DNA of 64,000 bases from an uncultured Pseudomonadales bacterium (GTDB taxonomy: Bacteria > Patescibacteriota > Microgenomatia > UBA1400 > UBA12028), in NCBI GenBank assembly GCA_964509365.1, contig CAZDWN010000001.1:11074-75073 (forward strand), written 5' to 3'. Every line of letters begins with the position of its first letter. Positions within the stretch are counted from its first letter, which is position 1. A program made the translations under genes and the position numbers. Below are positions 38,654 through 49,417 of the stretch, one piece after another. The notes beneath the pieces are model-generated. The model was not told where the DNA came from and did not search any database. It was given only the letters and a program-made list of their open reading frames with translations.

Positions 38654-38676
38654 GTCATCCTGGCTTGTCCAGGATC
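38654..38676 (+). repeat. Hairpin repeat family copy (tcatcctgg-cttgt-ccaggatc)
   Basis: 25-nt identity with the copy at 59286. Sits at the 3' end of holB. Confidence 0.5.
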
Positions 38677-38733
38677 TTTCTTTGTCATCCTGAGCACTCT
38701 GGTAATCCAGAGGGTCGAAGGATAGTTTTCGAG

Positions 38734-39462
38734 TTATTTTCTAAATATCTTTTGAATAGCTTGTCGAAGGGAGGCGAATGGTAATTTCTTCTCCAATTCG
38801 GCTAAAGCCCGTGCGTCTCCATTTGATAAGTCTCCTAATTCGCGAACCACATCAATTCTTTCCAACACAGTGAGTTTGGATTCATCCAGCTGGATTGCAG
38901 GTTGATATCCTAAATAGTCAGCTTCTCGATCTAAGATACATAAGAAATTAAAGGTTTTTTCCGATTCTTTTTGAAAATTGTTTCCATTTTTTTGACTCAC
39001 ATATCGAGAAAAGTGGCCAAGCTCGTGCCTCCAATCCAGTTCTACAGGGTTTTCAGTCTGTCCGTACGTTTCAACTGTTTTTTGTAACAAGGGCAGGTAC
39101 AGGTGTGGATTATGTACTGAACGAACAGCGAATGGGTATTTTTTACGCAATTCTGAAAGGATTTTCCATTTTTCACTATCCTTGACTAGGGAAAGTTGTT
39201 CTACATCCTCAGATAAAGGGAGCTGAGAATCCTTGTACTGACGTAGCAGATGAAGTACTAACGTCTCAGCTTTGAGAAACAGTTCAAGTGAGTCATGAAC
39301 ATTCATTTCAACATCCACGTTTTGAGACCTCTCACTGATTTTGTTACATACTTTTAGAATCGAGATGGCTTCCTCTTCTGTAACCCCATTCTTGATTCGC
39401 ACTTCCAACTTATCCAATGTTGAAAAAAGATGCTCTGAGTGGGAGAGTTCGTACTCATTCAT
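38734..39462 (-). CDS. hypothetical protein with HExxH motif (putative metallopeptidase-like)
   Basis: RHELGHF motif. Otherwise no recognised domain. Confidence 0.35.
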   Translation of the reverse strand: MNEYELSHSEHLFSTLDKLEVRIKNGVTEEEAISILKVCNKISERSQNVDVEMNVHDSLELFLKAETLVLHLLRQYKDSQLPLSEDVEQLSLVKDSEKWKILSELRKKYPFAVRSVHNPHLYLPLLQKTVETYGQTENPVELDWRHELGHFSRYVSQKNGNNFQKESEKTFNFLCILDREADYLGYQPAIQLDESKLTVLERIDVVRELGDLSNGDARALAELEKKLPFASLRQAIQKIFRK

Positions 39463-39586
39463 AACTAATCTGAATCATATCATTCTGCTAGAGCCTCTTG
39501 TATGTTTCATTTCGGGCTTAAAATGTGCTAAGATGATTCTCTTATCGTCTTGACGCGTTCGTCAAATCCTGTTAGATTCTTCTCTT

Positions 39587-41545
39587 ATGCCAGTCAATGA
39601 TTACAAAGCCTCCGATATCCGCGTTCTTGAGGGATTGGAGCCAGTGCGCAAGCGCCCAGGTATGTACATCGGATCGACCGATGCGACGGGTCTGCATCAT
39701 TTGGTGAAAGAAATTGTCGACAACTCCGTCGATGAAGCGATCGTCGGCTACGCAAAGTCAGTTGGCATCTATTTGACCAAAGATGGCTATGCGACCGTCG
39801 TCGATGATGGCCGCGGTATCCCTGTCGATATGCACGTCTCCGGAGTCAGCGCTCTCGAGATCGCCATGACGAAGTTGCACGCCGGTGGAAAATTTGACGA
39901 GATGGCATACCAAGCATCAGGTGGTTTGCACGGTGTTGGCGCCTCAGCGGTCAACGCCTTATCTGATGACATGCGCGTGGTAGTCAAACGCAATGACACC
40001 TACTACTTCCAGGAATACACGATCGGGACCCCGAAAGAAAAAGTAAAAGAGATCAAAGAGGCAAAAGTCTTGGAGCTGTTTCCGCTGGCGGGTCCACAGC
40101 TTGTCGCCAATAAGAGTGGGACGCTCTCAAATTTCCATCCAGACAAAACAATTTTTTCGACCATTGAGTTTAGTGCCAAGATCATCGAAGACTTTATTCG
40201 TGAGCGCGCATACCTCATGGCCGGTTTGTACTTTAAATTGGTCGACGAAGCCAACGAAGCAGAAAAGCATTTCTACTTTGAAGGTGGTATCCGCTCGCTC
40301 GTCACGCATTTAAATCACAATAAAAAAGCCCTCCACCCAGCTATCTCCATGACCGGAGAGTTCCAGGCAGAGAAATTCAAAGTCTTTGCGGATGTCGCGG
40401 TCCAATACAACGATACCTATAGTGAGACGATCGAAAGTTTCGCCAATACGATCAAGACACCAGATGGTGGCACGCATTTGACTGGCTTTCGCACGGCCCT
40501 CAACAAATCACTCAAAGATTATGTGACCAAAAACGAACTGGTGAAAAATGAAAAAGACATGTTCACGTCGGAAGATCTGCGCGAAGGACTCACAGCGGTC
40601 ATCTTCGTCAAGATGCCGAGTAATGACATCCAGTTTGAAAGTCAGACCAAGACCAAGCTAAATAACGCCGAAGTCCAATCCGCGGTCTATCAGATCGCCA
40701 AAGCTGGGCTTGATCAATATTTCGAAGAGCATCCAAAGGAAACTCGCACGATCATCGATAAAGTGATGCTCGCAGCTCGTGCTCGTATGGCAGCGCGCGC
40801 CGCCAAAGATGCAGTCATCCGCAAAGGTGTCTTTGAAGGAAGTAGTTTGCCAGGCAAATTGGCAGACTGTCAAAGTAGTGACGCAGCTGAATGTGAACTC
40901 TACATGGTCGAGGGTGACTCCGCCGGTGGCTCAGCCAAGCAAGGTCGCGATCGCAAGTTCCAAGCTATTTTCCCGTTGCGAGGCAAGATCCTCAATACCG
41001 AGCGTGCACGACTCGACAAGATCGTGGACTTTGAAGAACTGAAAAACTTAGTCATTGCCTTGGGTACGGGACTTGGTGATACGTTTGATATCAGTAAACT
41101 TCGCTATCATCGCATCATCTTGATGAACGATGCTGACGTCGATGGAGAGCACATCACGACGCTTGGGCTCACATTCTTCTATCGCCATCTCCCGCAGATC
41201 GTGGAGCAGGGGTATCTCTATATCGCCATGCCACCACTCTTTAAGATCTGGAACAAAAAAGATGTCCGCTATGCATTCACCGAAGAAGAGCGCGAAGCGG
41301 CACAAAAAGAATTGTCAGTGGGCAATGCGGTCGTCAATGTGCAGCGCTACAAAGGTCTCGGTGAGATGAACCCAGAGCAGCTCTGGGAGACGACCATGGA
41401 TCCGACGAAACGAATGCTCAAACGCATTACGTTGGATGAGGCAGCCAAAGTGGATGAGGTCTTCACGACTCTGATGGGTGATGAAGTTCCACCACGAAAG
41501 AAGTTTATTCAAACGCATGCGAAGTTGGCCAACCTTGATATATAG
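39587..41545 (+). CDS. gyrB: DNA gyrase subunit B
   Basis: GHKL ATPase motifs (LHHLVKEIVDNSVDEA, LHAGGKFD, GLHGVGAS). Toprim EGDSAGG. C-terminal PLRGKILN. Confidence 0.95.
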   Translation: MPVNDYKASDIRVLEGLEPVRKRPGMYIGSTDATGLHHLVKEIVDNSVDEAIVGYAKSVGIYLTKDGYATVVDDGRGIPVDMHVSGVSALEIAMTKLHAGGKFDEMAYQASGGLHGVGASAVNALSDDMRVVVKRNDTYYFQEYTIGTPKEKVKEIKEAKVLELFPLAGPQLVANKSGTLSNFHPDKTIFSTIEFSAKIIEDFIRERAYLMAGLYFKLVDEANEAEKHFYFEGGIRSLVTHLNHNKKALHPAISMTGEFQAEKFKVFADVAVQYNDTYSETIESFANTIKTPDGGTHLTGFRTALNKSLKDYVTKNELVKNEKDMFTSEDLREGLTAVIFVKMPSNDIQFESQTKTKLNNAEVQSAVYQIAKAGLDQYFEEHPKETRTIIDKVMLAARARMAARAAKDAVIRKGVFEGSSLPGKLADCQSSDAAECELYMVEGDSAGGSAKQGRDRKFQAIFPLRGKILNTERARLDKIVDFEELKNLVIALGTGLGDTFDISKLRYHRIILMNDADVDGEHITTLGLTFFYRHLPQIVEQGYLYIAMPPLFKIWNKKDVRYAFTEEEREAAQKELSVGNAVVNVQRYKGLGEMNPEQLWETTMDPTKRMLKRITLDEAAKVDEVFTTLMGDEVPPRKKFIQTHAKLANLDI

Positions 41546-41637
41546 AGAGGTTGCCCAACGAGTGCAAATTTGTGAGGTAACAAATTTGCCGAAACACAAA
41601 GGAATAAAATAAATTAGGCAACTTAGATATTTAAAAT

Positions 41638-42078
41638 ATGGTAACGCAAGAAAAATTTAGAGAGCGAACTGAGCAATTACGGCAGATGTTTGAAGAAGCA
41701 CGATCTGAATTTACAGAACAGGATCTTCAATGGAATGCATATGTACGCAATGCCAAAATGACAATAGAAAAGGCAGATGAAGAATTTGTGCATGATTTAC
41801 CAAATGATGACAAACGGCTAGACTACGGACTCGAATTAGTAGAATATGCAATTCAATGTATTGAGGTGGGACTGGGCATACCGATGATCGTCACTTCTAT
41901 GAGAGAGCTCGTAGAATATTGGTCAATTCCGAACACGGATACTTTTATATTTCCAAGTATCTCTGGAATTGATGCATACATTAAAGACTATGAAGCGGGA
42001 AAACGTACGGAGACACCAAAAGCTATGCTTTTACATCTACGTCAACTTGAATCACAATTACAAGCAGTCAGGTTGTAA
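41638..42078 (+). CDS. hypothetical protein
   Basis: 146-aa ORF. Confidence 0.35.
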   Translation: MVTQEKFRERTEQLRQMFEEARSEFTEQDLQWNAYVRNAKMTIEKADEEFVHDLPNDDKRLDYGLELVEYAIQCIEVGLGIPMIVTSMRELVEYWSIPNTDTFIFPSISGIDAYIKDYEAGKRTETPKAMLLHLRQLESQLQAVRL

Positions 42079-42092
42079 AAAAAGGAGCCCTT

Positions 42093-42764
42093 ATGGACAT
42101 GAAAAAAATGTTGTTCTTCATCGAGATCCCAGACGGGAGTGACGTGAAGTATGAAGTGGACGAAGAGACGGGGATGCTCATGGCAGACCGCTTTTTGTAC
42201 ACCTCCATGGGATACCCAGCAAACTACGGCTATGTCATGGGGACCAAAGGCAAAGATGGCGACCCAGTCGACGTCTTGGTCTTAGCAAGTAAAAAAGTAA
42301 ATGCTGGCGTCGGAATCAAAGGCCACGTCATCGGTATGCTCGAGATGGAAGATGAAGAAGGGATTGATCACAAGTTGATCGCCGTCCCAGATAAAAAAGT
42401 CGACCCAATCTTCGGAGTCTGGGAAGATTTGAAGGATGTCCCAGAGAGTACATTAAATCGCATCAAGCATTTCTTTGAACACTACAAAGAATTAGAGCCA
42501 GGGAAGTGGATCAAAGTGCACAAATTCCAAGATCGCAAGACCGCAGAAAAAGAGATCGTAGAATCAGCCAAGAAATTTGAATCAGAGTGTGAGATGTGTA
42601 GCGCCGATGGCTGTTCATGCGACTGCCAGAACTGCAAAGAAAAAGAATGCTGTGGCAAATGCGAGAAATGTGTCGATGGACAGTGCGAATGCGCATCCGG
42701 ACACTCAGATTGCGAATGTGGTGGGCACTGCCACTGTGGAGACTCACACATCCCATCAAAATAG
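42093..42764 (+). CDS. ppa: Family I inorganic pyrophosphatase fused to a C-terminal Cys/His-rich metallothionein-like tail
   Basis: PPase core (YEVDEETG, DGDPVDVLVL, HKLIAVP). The last ~50 aa are CEMCSADGCSCDCQNCKEKECCGKCEKCVDGQCECASGHSDCECGGHCHCGDSH. Confidence 0.8.
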   Translation: MDMKKMLFFIEIPDGSDVKYEVDEETGMLMADRFLYTSMGYPANYGYVMGTKGKDGDPVDVLVLASKKVNAGVGIKGHVIGMLEMEDEEGIDHKLIAVPDKKVDPIFGVWEDLKDVPESTLNRIKHFFEHYKELEPGKWIKVHKFQDRKTAEKEIVESAKKFESECEMCSADGCSCDCQNCKEKECCGKCEKCVDGQCECASGHSDCECGGHCHCGDSHIPSK

Positions 42765-42894
42765 AACCAGGGATTTACTGCTCGAGCGCAGGACAGCAAC
42801 GCTGACCGCAGTCGAGAGCCAACGCGTTTCTCGACATCACGCACTTTGTGCTTGATACTCGAAAAGTAAAGAAAGTATATAGAAAAGTATTTTT

Positions 42895-43101
42895 ATGGCA
42901 AATTCTGAAAACGAAAGTCAAGCGGACAAAGTTGATGAGCTGTTATTAGTCCTGCAGAATGATCCTCAGATCAAGGAGTTGTTTCGAGAATTGACGGCGC
43001 TCGTCGACAAAGACAAGCAGGATGAGCATATGACGAAACTAAGCCTATTTATGTCAACATACTTTAGTCGCATGCTAGATTTAGCGTTTGCCCGGAAGTA
43101 G
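42895..43101 (+). CDS. hypothetical small protein
   Basis: 68-aa ORF. Confidence 0.3.
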   Translation: MANSENESQADKVDELLLVLQNDPQIKELFRELTALVDKDKQDEHMTKLSLFMSTYFSRMLDLAFARK

Positions 43102-43112
43102 AAGAGTAAATT

Positions 43113-43385
43113 ATGGAAAAAGGTTCACATCTAGAAAAAGTATTAGGTTTCATTGAAGCTTTATCTGAGAAGGTTCGAAATCTTATCGGGCCAGCTATTA
43201 TGCGATTGTATGGGATTGAAGAAGACAATAATGCTTTGCTTGATTCCGATGCGGATTGGCTACCTGAAAGTTTTTCGCCGGATCAACCGACGAATCCATT
43301 ACAAGAGCAGATAGCAGCCGCATTTAAATCAGGCGAAATAAAAATTGGAGGAATAGGAGAAGGACAGATAAAGAAAGAAGACTAA
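43113..43385 (+). CDS. hypothetical small protein
   Basis: 90-aa ORF directly upstream of gyrA. Confidence 0.3.
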   Translation: MEKGSHLEKVLGFIEALSEKVRNLIGPAIMRLYGIEEDNNALLDSDADWLPESFSPDQPTNPLQEQIAAAFKSGEIKIGGIGEGQIKKED

Positions 43386-43387
43386 GT

Positions 43388-46063
43388 ATGGCAGATACCA
43401 CCGAAAAACCATCCGAAGAAGCAGAGATCACCCCAGTCGTGGTCGACCCGACAGCCGATTATTCGACCAGATTTGGGACGATTCGTCCGACCTCGATCAT
43501 CACTGAGATGCAAAAGTCATATCTTGACTACGCCATGAGTGTGATCGTCGCTCGTGCACTTCCGGATGTCCGCGATGGGTTAAAGCCGGTGCATCGCCGT
43601 ATTTTGTTTGCCATGAAGGAAATGGGCATCCGCTGGAACACTCCATACAAGAAGTCTGCTCGTATCGTCGGAGAAGTCTTGGGTAAGTATCACCCACATG
43701 GTGATGCTCCAGTATACGAAGCAATGGTTCGTTTGGCGCAAGATTTCTCCATGCGCTATCCACTCGTGGATGGTCAGGGAAACTACGGAAGTATAGACGG
43801 CGATTCCGCAGCCGCCATGCGTTACACCGAAGCGCGTATGGCCAAGATCAGTGAAGAGCTGCTGGCTGATTTGGAAAAAGAAACAGTCTCGTTTGTCGAT
43901 AACTTTGACGGATCTTTACAAGAGCCGAGTGTCTTACCAGGAAAACTTCCAAACCTCTTATTGATGGGATCAGAAGGTATCGCTGTCGGTATGGCGACCA
44001 AGATCCCTCCACACAACTTGACTGAAGTCTGTAATGCCATTCTCAAAGTAATTGAAATGGGAGAGGCAAAACAAGAGATAAGAGACAAGAGACAAGAGAC
44101 AGAAGAATTGAATGTCGAGACCGGTGAAGCCAAACTCATCGCTGGACACTTTGACTCCGAAGCCACGATAGACGATATTTGTGAATTCGTCCAAGGTCCA
44201 GACTTCCCGACAGCGGGCACCATCTATGATTTCAAAGAGATCAAAGAAGCGTACGCGACTGGTCGCGGTCGTATCTTGATCCGAGGCAAAGCTGAGATCG
44301 TCGAAAATAAAAATGGAAAATTCCAGATCATTGTCACCGAGTTGCCATATCAGGTCAATAAAGCCAAACTGGTCGCCAAGATTGCACAATTGGCCAGAGA
44401 CAAAAAGTTGGTAGGGATTGCGGATCTTCGTGATGAGTCAGACCGCGACGGTATGCGCATCGCCTTTGATCTGAAGAAAGATGCTCGTCCAAAGTCAGTG
44501 CTCAACGCGCTCTACAAGATGACCGAGCTGCAGACGACGTTCCCGATGAATACGGTGGCGATCAACTCCGAAGGTACGCCACAGCTCATGAACGTCAAGA
44601 CGATCATGATGGAATACATTCGTCATCGTCAGACGGTGGTCGTGAAGCGAGCGCAATTTGACCTCAAAGCCGCTCGAGCGCGAGCGCATATCCTCGAAGG
44701 ATTGCTCATTGCTCTTTCAAACTTGGATGCCGTCATCAAGACCATTCGCGAATCCAAAGATTCTGACGAAGCAAAGAAGAACTTGATGGAACGATTCAAA
44801 CTTTCAGAGATCCAGTCAGTAGCCATCCTCGATATGCAGCTACGAAAGCTTGCAGCACTTGAGCGATTGAAGATCGAAGAAGAGTACAAAGCACTCATGA
44901 AGTTCATCGAAGAATTATTGACACTTTTGAAGAGTCCAAAGAAAATCTTGGAGACGATTGGCACCGAAGTGAAGCAAATGATCGAGACGCATGGCGATGC
45001 CCGTCGGACCAAAGTCCACAAAGGCAAGCTTGGAGAGATCAATGAAGAAGATTTGATCCCAAATGAACCGACGATCATCACCGTCACCGAGACTGGATAT
45101 ATCAAGCGACTCAATCCATCTGCATATCGCACCCAGCATCGCGGAGGCAAGGGCGTCAGTGGAATGACGACAAAAGATGAAGATGCAGTTTCAGAACTCC
45201 TGACTTGTGATACGCATGATAGTTTGCTGTTGTTTACCAATAAAGGTCGCGTGTTTAAGAACAAAGTCTATGAATTGCCAGAGTCTTCACGCATAGCCAA
45301 AGGGCAAGCGATCGTGAACTTGGTGAACTTGACTGCCGATGAGCACATCCAAGCGATCTTGACACTTAATGAGAAGAGTCCAGCAGGCAAATACATTTGT
45401 CTTGCGACTCTCAAAGGGATGATCAAGAAGACCCCACTTGCGGACTTCTCAAATATCCGTACCTCAGGCATCATCGCCATCATTTTGAAAGATAATGACG
45501 AGTTAGTCTTTGGTCGCATCACCACTGGTGAAGATCACATCATGATCGTAACCAACGAAGGCAAGTCGATCCGCTTCCACGAAAAAGAAGTAAAGAGTAG
45601 TAATCGCGATACTCAAGGAGTGAAGGGCGTCGAACTCAAAGGAACTGACTATGTCGTCGGCGTCGAGAGTTTCCCACCAGAACTGGCGATCCCTGAAGAC
45701 AAACGTAAGAAATTCTTCCGCCATGTCTTGGTCGTCACTGAAAAAGGAATGGGCAAGCAAACTGAGTTGACTGAGTATCCACTGCAAAAGCGAGCGGGCT
45801 TAGGAGTCAAAGTGAGTGAGATTGCTGACAAGACTGGGAAAGTTGCCTGTGCTAAGATCGTCGACGAGACAATTGATGATGTCGTTTTGACTACAAAATC
45901 AGCGCAAGTGATTAAGTTGCCACTTCGGAACATTCCTGTACTCAAACGTCCGACTCAAGGAGTGATCTTGATGCGCCTCGACAAGGGTGATTTGATTACT
46001 GCCTGCGCGACGACCAAAAAGCCAGTTGAGGAAGAAATTGCGGAAGGCAGTCTGGAAGTTTAG
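43388..46063 (+). CDS. gyrA: DNA gyrase subunit A
   Basis: [25 protein letters not shown] with active-site Tyr region. C-terminal beta-pinwheel repeats. Confidence 0.95.
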   Translation: MADTTEKPSEEAEITPVVVDPTADYSTRFGTIRPTSIITEMQKSYLDYAMSVIVARALPDVRDGLKPVHRRILFAMKEMGIRWNTPYKKSARIVGEVLGKYHPHGDAPVYEAMVRLAQDFSMRYPLVDGQGNYGSIDGDSAAAMRYTEARMAKISEELLADLEKETVSFVDNFDGSLQEPSVLPGKLPNLLLMGSEGIAVGMATKIPPHNLTEVCNAILKVIEMGEAKQEIRDKRQETEELNVETGEAKLIAGHFDSEATIDDICEFVQGPDFPTAGTIYDFKEIKEAYATGRGRILIRGKAEIVENKNGKFQIIVTELPYQVNKAKLVAKIAQLARDKKLVGIADLRDESDRDGMRIAFDLKKDARPKSVLNALYKMTELQTTFPMNTVAINSEGTPQLMNVKTIMMEYIRHRQTVVVKRAQFDLKAARARAHILEGLLIALSNLDAVIKTIRESKDSDEAKKNLMERFKLSEIQSVAILDMQLRKLAALERLKIEEEYKALMKFIEELLTLLKSPKKILETIGTEVKQMIETHGDARRTKVHKGKLGEINEEDLIPNEPTIITVTETGYIKRLNPSAYRTQHRGGKGVSGMTTKDEDAVSELLTCDTHDSLLLFTNKGRVFKNKVYELPESSRIAKGQAIVNLVNLTADEHIQAILTLNEKSPAGKYICLATLKGMIKKTPLADFSNIRTSGIIAIILKDNDELVFGRITTGEDHIMIVTNEGKSIRFHEKEVKSSNRDTQGVKGVELKGTDYVVGVESFPPELAIPEDKRKKFFRHVLVVTEKGMGKQTELTEYPLQKRAGLGVKVSEIADKTGKVACAKIVDETIDDVVLTTKSAQVIKLPLRNIPVLKRPTQGVILMRLDKGDLITACATTKKPVEEEIAEGSLEV

Positions 46064-46071
46064 AAACTGAC

Positions 46072-46302
46072 ATGGAGAACGATCCATTCCTCAAACGCCA
46101 AGCACTTCGCAGACTGACAGAGTCAGACATATTCAAGCGCACATGGGTAGGCCTGATGGCATTGATGTCGCTGATGACCGAAAGTAAAGAATTCCGATTT
46201 ATCACGGCGGGACTTGCTGTCTTCCTCATGATCGAGAAAGCAGAGTTTCACAAAGCAGAATCCGGCACTGAGAATTTCGAATACCCACCAGAAATTGAAT
46301 AG
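46072..46302 (+). CDS. hypothetical small protein
   Basis: 76-aa ORF. Confidence 0.3.
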   Translation: MENDPFLKRQALRRLTESDIFKRTWVGLMALMSLMTESKEFRFITAGLAVFLMIEKAEFHKAESGTENFEYPPEIE

Positions 46303-46332
46303 CCTGGAGGCTGATCTGGTATACTACCGGTC

Positions 46333-46575
46333 ATGGCAGAAAAAACATCAGAAATTTCATTGGGTGACTTTTCGCGGGATCGTATTTTGCGAGCAGTCGA
46401 AAGTAACCTCTGTCAAAATCTCGGTTCACCCGAACTCATGATCGCACTCGCGGCGATGGATGTGAAACATGTAGACACCTTACTCGAGGCAATTTCTACT
46501 TTCTCAGGACTCAATGAAGGAAGAGCTCGAGAAGTTGCTTCCATTGTCGAAGCGGTAGAAGAAATGCTACCATAG
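46333..46575 (+). CDS. hypothetical small protein
   Basis: 80-aa ORF. Confidence 0.3.
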   Translation: MAEKTSEISLGDFSRDRILRAVESNLCQNLGSPELMIALAAMDVKHVDTLLEAISTFSGLNEGRAREVASIVEAVEEMLP

Positions 46576-46601
46576 TCTCACACTAGTCTTGAGGAGACCT
46601 T

Positions 46602-47372
46602 ATGTTTCGATCTTTTTTTGCTCCACTCGTCGGCACACTTGCCGCTATTGTCTTGATCGTGCTCGTCACCAAAGTCACCGGACCGATCCCCCTTTCGATC
46701 TCGCAGACGACAACCAACAAAATGTCTTCATTTGATGTCAGTGGAGAAGGGAAAGTCGCCACTTCACCAGATAGAGCTGAGATTAGCCTCGGGATCCAAG
46801 CAAATGAGTCGACGGTCAAAGCCGTGCAAGATAAAGGCAATCAAGTGATCAATCAAATCACTCAAGATCTCTTGGCACTAGGAGTCGAGAAAGCAGACAT
46901 CAAGACGACGAACTACAGTCTCTATCCAAACTATGATTATCGGTCTGGCAGTCAAAAGATCACTGGCTATGCGCTCAACGTGAGTGTGCAAGTGAAAGCT
47001 CAAGATTTCTCAAAGATCACGCAGATCGTCGATACCGCTACCAAAGACGGAGCGAATCAAGTCGGTGGCATCAACTTCACATTGTCAGATGATAAAAAGA
47101 AGCAAGTCGAGGATCAAGTCAGAGCCGAAGCAGTCAAGCAAGCCAAAGCCAAAGCTGAGTCTCTTTCGAGTCTTGCAGGCGTAAAACTTGGCCGAATTAT
47201 CAACATATCCGAGAACTCAAATAGTGGCGTCCCACCAATCTATCCGATGATGGCAAAGTCACAAGCTTTGGATGCAGTCGGCGGAGCAGGGGGGACTGCT
47301 GCTCCCACCAACGTCGAGCCAGGAAGTACGACGTTCACCATGACCGTCACGCTGTCTTACGAGACTCTTTAG
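46602..47372 (+). CDS. SIMPL-domain (DUF541/BP26-like) secreted protein
   Basis: Signal anchor, then GEGKVATSPDRAEISLGI... typical of SIMPL/BP26. Confidence 0.6.
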   Translation: MFRSFFAPLVGTLAAIVLIVLVTKVTGPIPLSISQTTTNKMSSFDVSGEGKVATSPDRAEISLGIQANESTVKAVQDKGNQVINQITQDLLALGVEKADIKTTNYSLYPNYDYRSGSQKITGYALNVSVQVKAQDFSKITQIVDTATKDGANQVGGINFTLSDDKKKQVEDQVRAEAVKQAKAKAESLSSLAGVKLGRIINISENSNSGVPPIYPMMAKSQALDAVGGAGGTAAPTNVEPGSTTFTMTVTLSYETL

Positions 47373-47375
47373 ACT

Positions 47376-47732
47376 ATGGGCGCAGAATCAGAGAGCTATC
47401 GACGCTATGTGTTGCTTTTTCAAGTTGGCATGGAGAATGCAGAAAAAAGACTCAAACAAGGTGGTGATGCCCATGCGGAACAAGCATTGATGTCATTTCT
47501 CGGGTCTCAACTCAAGATAGCCAGAGAGTCTCAGTCACTTTCCGTCGATGAGATCGCGAGTCAGATTGGTGTGAATGCCAATTTCATTCTGCTAGGCGAA
47601 TACGGTGCACTTGAGCCTTCTCGATTTTTTGAGGTCGTCGACGAATGGGGGACAATCTTACGAGTCAATATCCCTCACAATACAAAATATTTTAATGAGA
47701 GCTTTCGGCCACTGCGAAAATCTCGTGCTTAA
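47376..47732 (+). CDS. hypothetical protein
   Basis: 118-aa ORF. Confidence 0.3.
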   Translation: MGAESESYRRYVLLFQVGMENAEKRLKQGGDAHAEQALMSFLGSQLKIARESQSLSVDEIASQIGVNANFILLGEYGALEPSRFFEVVDEWGTILRVNIPHNTKYFNESFRPLRKSRA

Positions 47733-47763
47733 TCGGAATCATTCTGTGTTATTCTAAAAAAAC

Positions 47764-48225
47764 ATGCGCGATGCACTATGGTATCAAGAAAATACGTACG
47801 ACTTCAAATTACCACAAGATGTCAGCTCATTTCTTCGTTATCATGGCACGAGTCTCCACTTCAATGGGATTGTGAAGATCGCACGTCGAGTCCCTGAAGA
47901 GCACAGCGAACTGAGGATGTCTGACCTTCTCAAAGACGATGCCTTTTACTGCAACCTCTGGAAAGCGCTTCTTTCTCCTGATGCAATTATTCCTAGTAAG
48001 CGGAAACTGAACCGAGCAGGGATGCTCGTTGATGATAATTACATTTTCTTCAAGGAGAATTTTTGTAGAGATAATGCCATTAATACGTCTGGCTTTGAAA
48101 TTCTCCAAGACGTTCAGGCAGACAGACTCAAGCTGATTGTGAATTTTGCGAGCAAACGTTACAACAGAGATGCAATGACGATCACGTACTTTCTGACTTC
48201 ATACCCGATTCCAACTCGATACTAG
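47764..48225 (+). CDS. hypothetical protein
   Basis: 153-aa ORF. Confidence 0.3.
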   Translation: MRDALWYQENTYDFKLPQDVSSFLRYHGTSLHFNGIVKIARRVPEEHSELRMSDLLKDDAFYCNLWKALLSPDAIIPSKRKLNRAGMLVDDNYIFFKENFCRDNAINTSGFEILQDVQADRLKLIVNFASKRYNRDAMTITYFLTSYPIPTRY

Positions 48226-48237
48226 ATCCAGTGATCT

Positions 48238-49176
48238 CTACTTCCCATGAAACTTCTCATGCACGCGCTTGAGGTCTGCGCGAGTGACGTGGGTGTAGAT
48301 TTGCGTCGTCGCGATATTTTTATGCCCCAAGAGCTCCTGCACATCGCGAAGTCCCGCTCCATTGTGCAAGAGATCCGTCGCAAAACTATGGCGCAGCCCA
48401 TGAGGAGTGACTTTCGTCGTGAGCTTTGCGGCCTTCACATATTTCTCGACAATGCGTTGGATCGTCCGTGAAGTGAGTCGCATCGAGTCTCCATCCATAT
48501 CATGAGAGTCGTCTCGATTGAGATGAATAAATAGCGGTTTGTAATCGTCAGTCCGACTGACGATGTAGGTGTCGATAAAATTTGCCGCCGTCTCCGAAAG
48601 AAAGACCACTCGTGTGCGTCGACCTTTGCCGATGATTGCAAACTCTCGTCGCTTGGTATCGACTTGATCTCGATCAAGTGACACCAGTTCACTGACACGG
48701 AGTCCCGTACTAAAGAGCATCTCGAGGATAGCTCGATCACGGATGCCGATTGGAGTGGACAGTAACGGCTGATTCATCAAACGTTCGAGTGAAGATTCAT
48801 CGAGAAACTTCATCGAGATGCCTTCACCCTTGGGTAAATCAATTTTTTCAGGAGCCAATACTTTTTTATCCATCCGTGTCAGCCACTTTAAAAACGATCG
48901 CAGGGCAATGACATGGTAGCCTTGTGTCTTTCGCGTCAGCTCTTTTCCTCTGATGTCGCAAAATCTCGCAAGGTACAAACGGTACTGGCGGACGTCTTCA
49001 ATTGTTAATTCTTCGATTTTTTCCTTGCCAGTGTCCGCAAACCAATCTGCAAACCTCGAGAGATAGTGGCGATAATTGCGGATTGTCAGACGAGAGAGAT
49101 TGCGTTCGACCTCCATGTGTTCCAAAAACTGAATGATTTCGGTGTGGAGGGGAGTGAGGATGGTATTTGCTTTCAT
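48238..49176 (-). CDS. Tyrosine recombinase XerC/XerD family
   Basis: Core-binding N-domain. C-terminal HGLRHSFATDLLHNGAGLRDVQELLGHKNIATTQIYTHV (R..HxxR..Y catalytic residues). Confidence 0.8.
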   Translation of the reverse strand: MKANTILTPLHTEIIQFLEHMEVERNLSRLTIRNYRHYLSRFADWFADTGKEKIEELTIEDVRQYRLYLARFCDIRGKELTRKTQGYHVIALRSFLKWLTRMDKKVLAPEKIDLPKGEGISMKFLDESSLERLMNQPLLSTPIGIRDRAILEMLFSTGLRVSELVSLDRDQVDTKRREFAIIGKGRRTRVVFLSETAANFIDTYIVSRTDDYKPLFIHLNRDDSHDMDGDSMRLTSRTIQRIVEKYVKAAKLTTKVTPHGLRHSFATDLLHNGAGLRDVQELLGHKNIATTQIYTHVTRADLKRVHEKFHGK

Positions 49177-49417
49177 ATCAAGTGCACGTCCTATAGAATA
49201 AGGCTCTGGGAGTTAGCAAAGGGGAGTGCTCGTCTGCTAGTACCCAACTATCTGCTTCTGTCGCGATGTATCCGCACAAATGAACGCTCTTTCTTGAGGT
49301 GTCTTGAGGTGAATCAAAACTCGTTTATCTCGAGTCCTCCAGATACAGATATAATAAGTAAATAATAACGCGAAAGGATGCTACCACTTATTTTATTGTG
49401 CGACACCAATCAGTCTA

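Noticed and set aside
41546-41637. Hairpin gcaaatttg-tgaggtaa-caaatttgc after gyrB as a terminator
   Set aside because: It is a perfect 9-bp stem but has no downstream T-tract. It may be a protein-binding palindrome. The evidence is insufficient to call it.
43500-46229. Multiple minus-strand ORFs within gyrA, and similar ones within gyrB, recG and the pil genes
   Set aside because: They are embedded in strongly supported conserved genes on the opposite strand and are typical shadow ORFs.
48238-49176. Phage integrase marking a prophage
   Set aside because: The sequence has the hallmarks of housekeeping XerC/XerD (core-binding domain, LRHSFAT…LLGH…TQIYTHV). No phage structural genes are nearby.
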